A DNA stretch of 64,000 nt from Candidatus Saccharimonadales bacterium (GTDB taxonomy: Bacteria; Patescibacteriota; Saccharimonadia; UBA4664; SCTI01). Of the stretch, positions 59,521-64,000 are shown one piece after another. A model generated the notes under the pieces. That model did not search any database. It saw only the letters and a program-made list of their open reading frames with translations, and was not told the DNA's origin. Each line of letters begins with the position of its first letter. Position 1 is the first letter of the stretch. Location of the stretch: contig DATIII010000001.1 in assembly GCA_035479795.1 (NCBI GenBank), positions 7,087 through 71,086 of the forward strand, given 5' to 3'. The translations under genes were made by a program, and so were the position numbers.

Positions 59521-59820
59521 TCAGGCCGAAACCGGACCGAAGTAGGAGATGAACAGCACATTGCACTGGGCGCTGATGGCCAGGTCGCACAGGAACAGAT
59601 CCCATTCGTCGTCCAGGTCCTCGCGCTTGTCGAGCAGTTGGTCGCGGCGCTCGGCGGCTTCACCCATCAGCATCTGGACACAGTCCGGCCAGGGCAGATC
59701 CCGCAACGACTGGATGTCACCCGACTGCACCTTGGTCGGTTCTGGACGATGGAACCTACTCGTGTCATCCGTCCCCTCATCGGTGCTCGGATCACGTACT
59801 GGATGCGTAACTGCGGGCAT
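59521..59820 (-). CDS. Orphan acidic protein (99 aa)
   Basis: Start MPAVTHP with SD GAGGAG; hairpin 59454-59485 downstream. Confidence 0.6.
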   Translation of the reverse strand: MPAVTHPVRDPSTDEGTDDTSRFHRPEPTKVQSGDIQSLRDLPWPDCVQMLMGEAAERRDQLLDKREDLDDEWDLFLCDLAISAQCNVLFISYFGPVSA

Positions 59821-60017
59821 ATCTCTCCTCTTGGTGGGTCGATGTTCTGGGCGACAATGTTCGGACAAACCGATCATCGCGCTCTTCGGTGTCCTGCATT
59901 CTGGCCGAAACGGGGATGGAGGCCACCAGCAGCGCCGTTTGCACAGCATTGCCAGCCTGCGTACCCATCCACACTCCAGCCTTCAGCCAACCCTTGGCAG
60001 CTTCTACAACCATGGTT

Positions 60018-60539
60018 CTACCTCGAGACGAGCTTGAGGCCGGCTGTCTCCTGGCCAGTGCGAACAAATCGCGCCTGGCTGCCGATGCGCGTCAGCGGAG
60101 CCAGCCCTGGGATTGGGCGGTCGGCCAGACTGTCCGGCATCAGCGGTACCCAGAAGCGATCGGCGTACTGGCCGTCCTTCTGAGCCAGCGCTTCATGCAC
60201 CGGTTCGAGCTGGATGCAGACGGTTGGCCGCAAGGGGTCAAATGCCACCTTGTCGTCGCGAGTTGTGGCGTCGTGTCGCCAAGGCAGTACCTGGGCGTAA
60301 GGCTCTTCGCACAGCGCAAAGTCGCCTTCCTCAGTCTCGATGTAGGGCAGCCAGGTAGGCCAGGGTCGCTTGGACCCAGCCATGCCGCGGTCGAGTCTTT
60401 CGACCGTCCGGCGCACCAAATTGGCCGCCTCGATCATCATCACTCCACCCGGGAGCATGCCCAGCATTAGCTTGGGCAGCCCACCGGAACTTTCCTGACG
60501 CGCCAGTTCCACATAGGAACCACCGATCAAATCCAGCAT
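60018..60539 (-). CDS. Orphan protein (173 aa)
   Basis: Start MLDLIGG with SD GAGGAG; GC-rich codons. Confidence 0.6.
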   Translation of the reverse strand: MLDLIGGSYVELARQESSGGLPKLMLGMLPGGVMMIEAANLVRRTVERLDRGMAGSKRPWPTWLPYIETEEGDFALCEEPYAQVLPWRHDATTRDDKVAFDPLRPTVCIQLEPVHEALAQKDGQYADRFWVPLMPDSLADRPIPGLAPLTRIGSQARFVRTGQETAGLKLVSR

Positions 60540-60939
60540 GTGGCAGTCTCTCCTCTTTCGTTTTACTCCGCCTCTATGAACTCGCCGTGCAGACATCGTG
60601 AATGCAATGAGCCAGAGTAAAGATTTAAATGTGCACGTTGGCCATCTTAACAGTCTGGTCGTAGTCGCTCATCAGCACGCCTACAAAAATGCGCAGACGG
60701 TGCCTGACGTAATTGTTGGATCTGACTATAGGCACTAAAAAAGCGCCTTACCAAGCGCCTAGTTGTATTTGATGCCCTGCGACTAATGAAATGATAACAG
60801 AAATTGACAAAAATAACAAACCTTGGCGGAGAGGGTGGGATAGCTACGCATGTCTCCTCGCCTAATCTTGTGCAAGATTAGCACAATCCGGCTTGTCGGC
60901 AACGAACCCAGACGTGGGTTCGAATCGTTGAATAAATCC

Positions 60940-61030
<91 letters not shown>

Positions 61031-61119
61031 GCGTCCGGATTATTCTATCTTAATCCAATCCGTAAAGAAAATTGCCATAAGCGGAATGGGAATGTCATAA
61101 TGTGACCAAAGAGGTGCGC

Positions 61120-61638
61120 ATGGAACTGCAAGAAGGCCAGCCAGTAGAAGTGGCCGACAATGGAACTGAAGTAATCCAGCCTGAACACAGCTATTCATGG
61201 CAAGCTTCCGAGTTTATTTTCCATCAGAAAACGAACAGTTGGTATGTCACACTTTGGCTGGTGACCGCGGCAATCTGCCTGGTTCTCGGCTTGCTCGCAC
61301 AGTGGCTGGCTGTAGCCATGGTGGTAGTGATGGCGCTAGCGGTAGTTGTTTACTCGCGCAAAGAGCCACGTACTCTCGGGTATGCGGTGGACGATCATGG
61401 CGTTAGCGTCGAGGGCAAGGTGACTGCTTATAAACTATTCCGCTCATACAGTATTCACCAAGATCTCTCCTGGCAGACCATTGATCTTGAGCCGACCCAA
61501 CGTTTTGTCCCCCGCCTGACCTTGCTTTGTGAGAATGAGAATATTGAGCAGATTGCATCCATTTTGGCCCAGCACCTACCACGCGTTCAGCGTAGTCCTG
61601 ACTTAGTCGAACGGCTGACACGCTACCTAAAATTCTAG
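61120..61638 (+). CDS. Conserved-looking CPR two-TM membrane protein
   Basis: WQASEF..HQK...WY, two TM, GVSVEGK; start may be 61102 or 61120. Confidence 0.7.
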   Translation: MELQEGQPVEVADNGTEVIQPEHSYSWQASEFIFHQKTNSWYVTLWLVTAAICLVLGLLAQWLAVAMVVVMALAVVVYSRKEPRTLGYAVDDHGVSVEGKVTAYKLFRSYSIHQDLSWQTIDLEPTQRFVPRLTLLCENENIEQIASILAQHLPRVQRSPDLVERLTRYLKF

Positions 61639-61690
61639 ATTTTAACCTGATAATGTGCTAATTTAGCGAGGTTCTTTGAGAACCAATTGT

Positions 61691-61767
61691 GCGCTCGTAG
61701 CTCAGCTGGATAGAGCATCAGCTTGCGGTGCTGGAGGTCGGGGGTTCGAATCCCTCCGAGCGCGCCA
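61691..61767 (+). tRNA. tRNA-Arg(GCG)
   Basis: Cloverleaf, anticodon loop TTGCGGT, CCA. Confidence 0.93.
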
Positions 61768-61800
61768 TGTCATTATTGCCCGCAAATTGCGGGCTCTTTA

Positions 61801-61889
<89 letters not shown>

Positions 61890-61909
61890 AATGATAAAAT
61901 CCCAATCAC

Positions 61910-62002
61910 GGAGAGGTACCCAAGTGGCTGAAGGGGCTGGTTTGCTAAACCGGTAGGGGGGCGAAAGTTCCCGCGAGGGTTCGAATCCCTCCCTCTCCGC
62001 CA
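61910..62002 (+). tRNA. tRNA-Ser(GCT)
   Basis: Anticodon loop TTGCTAA, long variable arm, CCA. Confidence 0.95.
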
Positions 62003-62026
62003 GCAATTATCGATATAATCATAAGC

Positions 62027-62599
62027 ATGAAGCATTATTTGGCCTGGGCCGCTGTCATTCTGACCTTCGTCGCCTACATCCCATACTTTCGCGACATCTT
62101 AAGGCGCAAAACCCACCCGCATCTTTATAGCTGGAGTATTTGGGGTCTGCTGACGGTAATTATTTTTGCTCTGCAGCTTATCGGTGGTGCCGGGCCGGGA
62201 GCCTTTGTAACATTGATGGCAGGGTCCATGTGCTTTATTGTCATCATACTTTCGCTTAGGTACGGCAAGCGCGATATCACGCTCTCCGATACCATTGTTT
62301 TAATCCTGACCTTAATAACCATCGCACTCTGGTTGGTGGCCAAACAACCGGTAGCCTCGATAATTCTGGCAACTCTGGCCGACCTGCTGGCCTTTGTGCC
62401 TACGGTCCGCAAATCTTGGAACAAACCTAGAAGCGAAACATTGTCTCTATATGCCACCAACGCCGCCCGCTTCGGTATTACCGCCCTGGCCCTAGATACC
62501 TACAGTCTGCTGACGGCTTTGTGGCCGATTGCCTGGGCAGTTGTAAACGGGCTTTTTGCATTAATGCTGGTGTATCGCAGAAGGCGAGTGCGCGGCTAG
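62027..62599 (+). CDS. Multi-pass membrane protein (PQ-loop-like)
   Basis: AYIPY..DI...T.PH..SW; PTVRKSW..P.SE. Confidence 0.7.
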   Translation: MKHYLAWAAVILTFVAYIPYFRDILRRKTHPHLYSWSIWGLLTVIIFALQLIGGAGPGAFVTLMAGSMCFIVIILSLRYGKRDITLSDTIVLILTLITIALWLVAKQPVASIILATLADLLAFVPTVRKSWNKPRSETLSLYATNAARFGITALALDTYSLLTALWPIAWAVVNGLFALMLVYRRRRVRG

Positions 62600-63249
62600 T
62601 GTTTGGCGGCCACGGCGGCCCAGACTGACTTAGCCCCAGCGGCTTTTAATTCGGATGTGCAGGCCGCCAAAGTAGCCCCGGTAGTCACAACATCATCAAT
62701 AATAAGTACTCTTTGGTCATTTAATGGCTTGCGATAGGTAAAAACTCCTCTGGCTTGAGCCAGTCTCTGCTCACGGCTCTTACCCACTTGCTGGATATTG
62801 GCGGCCCGACGCAACAAAGGGCGGTAGGGGATTTGGCTGGCCGCGGCCACAGCCCGAGCAATCAGTGCACCGTGGTCAAAACCGCGCTGGCGCAAGCGAT
62901 TAGTAGCCGGCGGCACTGAGGTGATGACGTCATACTCGCCGGAAAGTAGAGGAGTGACTAGCTTGGCCAGTGAGCCAGCGGCGGCGCGCAAGTTCTCATA
63001 TTTGAGTTTGGTAATAGCTTGTTTTACCGGACCCTCGTAATGAGATGCGACGAGGACACCGGATAATTTAGATGACGAGCGGCAACTATTACAGGTCCGA
63101 CCATCGCTACTGAGTCGATTACAGCGATAGCAGGTCGGCGTCTTTACAGCCACCGCCCTAGGCAGGCATGTTGCGCAAATTACATCACCTTCGTTGCCAC
63201 AAATAAGGCATTCTAATGGGGCAATTAGGTTAACTAACGAAGCTAGCAT
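62596..63249 (-). CDS. comF: ComF family competence protein
   Basis: Double Zn ribbon; RQRGFD; IIDDVVTTGATL. Confidence 0.9.
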   Translation of the reverse strand: MLASLVNLIAPLECLICGNEGDVICATCLPRAVAVKTPTCYRCNRLSSDGRTCNSCRSSSKLSGVLVASHYEGPVKQAITKLKYENLRAAAGSLAKLVTPLLSGEYDVITSVPPATNRLRQRGFDHGALIARAVAAASQIPYRPLLRRAANIQQVGKSREQRLAQARGVFTYRKPLNDQRVLIIDDVVTTGATLAACTSELKAAGAKSVWAAVAAKH

Positions 63250-63366
63250 AAGGCTTTTCTTGATTAAATTCGAAATGTCTGGCTATAATAGGCAAAAGGC
63301 ATTGGGTGTGCAACCGTGGGTGGGTTGAGCCGGGGCCTGGTGAACAATAAACGGAGGTCACTTGGA

Positions 63367-63798
63367 GTGGCAAAGAAGATCCCAACCAACGACGAAAGCG
63401 TTTTGCAAGACGAGTTTCTAAATGATGAAGAGGCCAGCCAAAACTGGCTCGAAGACGACGATCAGGTAGAAGGCCAGCTGGCTGTTGATGTCTACCAGAC
63501 CAAGGATAGTGTGGTTATTAAAGCGCCTATTGCTGGTGTTGACCCTAAAAATCTAGAGGTGGCCATCGCTGAAGATGTGGTGACGATCCGCGGTGAGCGC
63601 GTAGAAGACACGGCCATTGAGCGCGAAGATTATTACGTAATGGAATGCTACTGGGGAGCCTTTAGCCGCTCAATTATCATGCCGGTCAGCGTGAATGCCG
63701 ATAAGGCTGAGGCTAGCCTCAAAAACGGTGTGCTTTCCATCGCCATTCCTAAGGTTATTCAAGACAAGGTTAAGAAGATTAAGGTCGTCGCGACTTAA
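63367..63798 (+). CDS. Hsp20/alpha-crystallin small heat-shock protein
   Basis: VDVYQT, IAGV, ECYWGAFSRSI, ASLKNGVLSIAIPK; GTG start inferred; terminator ~63817-63848. Confidence 0.92.
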   Translation: MAKKIPTNDESVLQDEFLNDEEASQNWLEDDDQVEGQLAVDVYQTKDSVVIKAPIAGVDPKNLEVAIAEDVVTIRGERVEDTAIEREDYYVMECYWGAFSRSIIMPVSVNADKAEASLKNGVLSIAIPKVIQDKVKKIKVVAT

Positions 63799-64000
63799 GA
63801 ACACAATCGTTATTCAAAAAGAAGCGCCCCTACGGGGCCTTTTTTTTATCTAAAATTGTCATCCTCGAGCGCAGCGAAGGATCTTTCGAGCCAAAGACTC
63901 CAATGCCATTATCTTCCCAGGCAGCCAGAGCCTGGGGATTCTTTCGTACCTTTTGAATCAGCAAAAGGTACCCCAAACTGACCGCGTAGAAGTTCACAGC

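Overview
64-kb chromosomal window from a Patescibacteria/CPR bacterium, probably Saccharimonadia-like (inferred from compact gene order, pilM locus, femX/murE, many apparently leaderless genes; genetic code 11). The backbone is housekeeping: ychF, tlyA, efp, rpsF-ssb-rpsR, recA/recX, yajQ, rodZ, ftsK, rnj, udg, pnp, rpsO, truB, rpsT, holA, mutM, polA, rpoD, dnaG, groESL, murE, femX x2, tsaD, valS, comF, Hsp20 and five intact tRNAs. Between the core genes are about ten small minus-strand accessory transcription units of orphan genes with strong Shine-Dalgarno sites, GC-richer codons and structured UTRs. Main hunt result: at least six of these units are closed by a long-range stem pairing the 5' leader with the 3' trailer, and the two paralogous cassettes show G.U and compensatory changes that favour pairing at the RNA level. 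One unit is preceded by a complete type III hammerhead ribozyme (22109-22162). Another is a ~0.95-kb non-coding RNA carrying an array of CCA-less, aberrant tRNA-like domains and sharing a GAGCGGGGGCU hairpin with the two cassettes. This looks like an uncharacterised family of end-sealed, processed RNAs. Its function (stabilised, circularised or host-delivered RNA) is inference only. All pairings were read by eye; no folding or database search was run.
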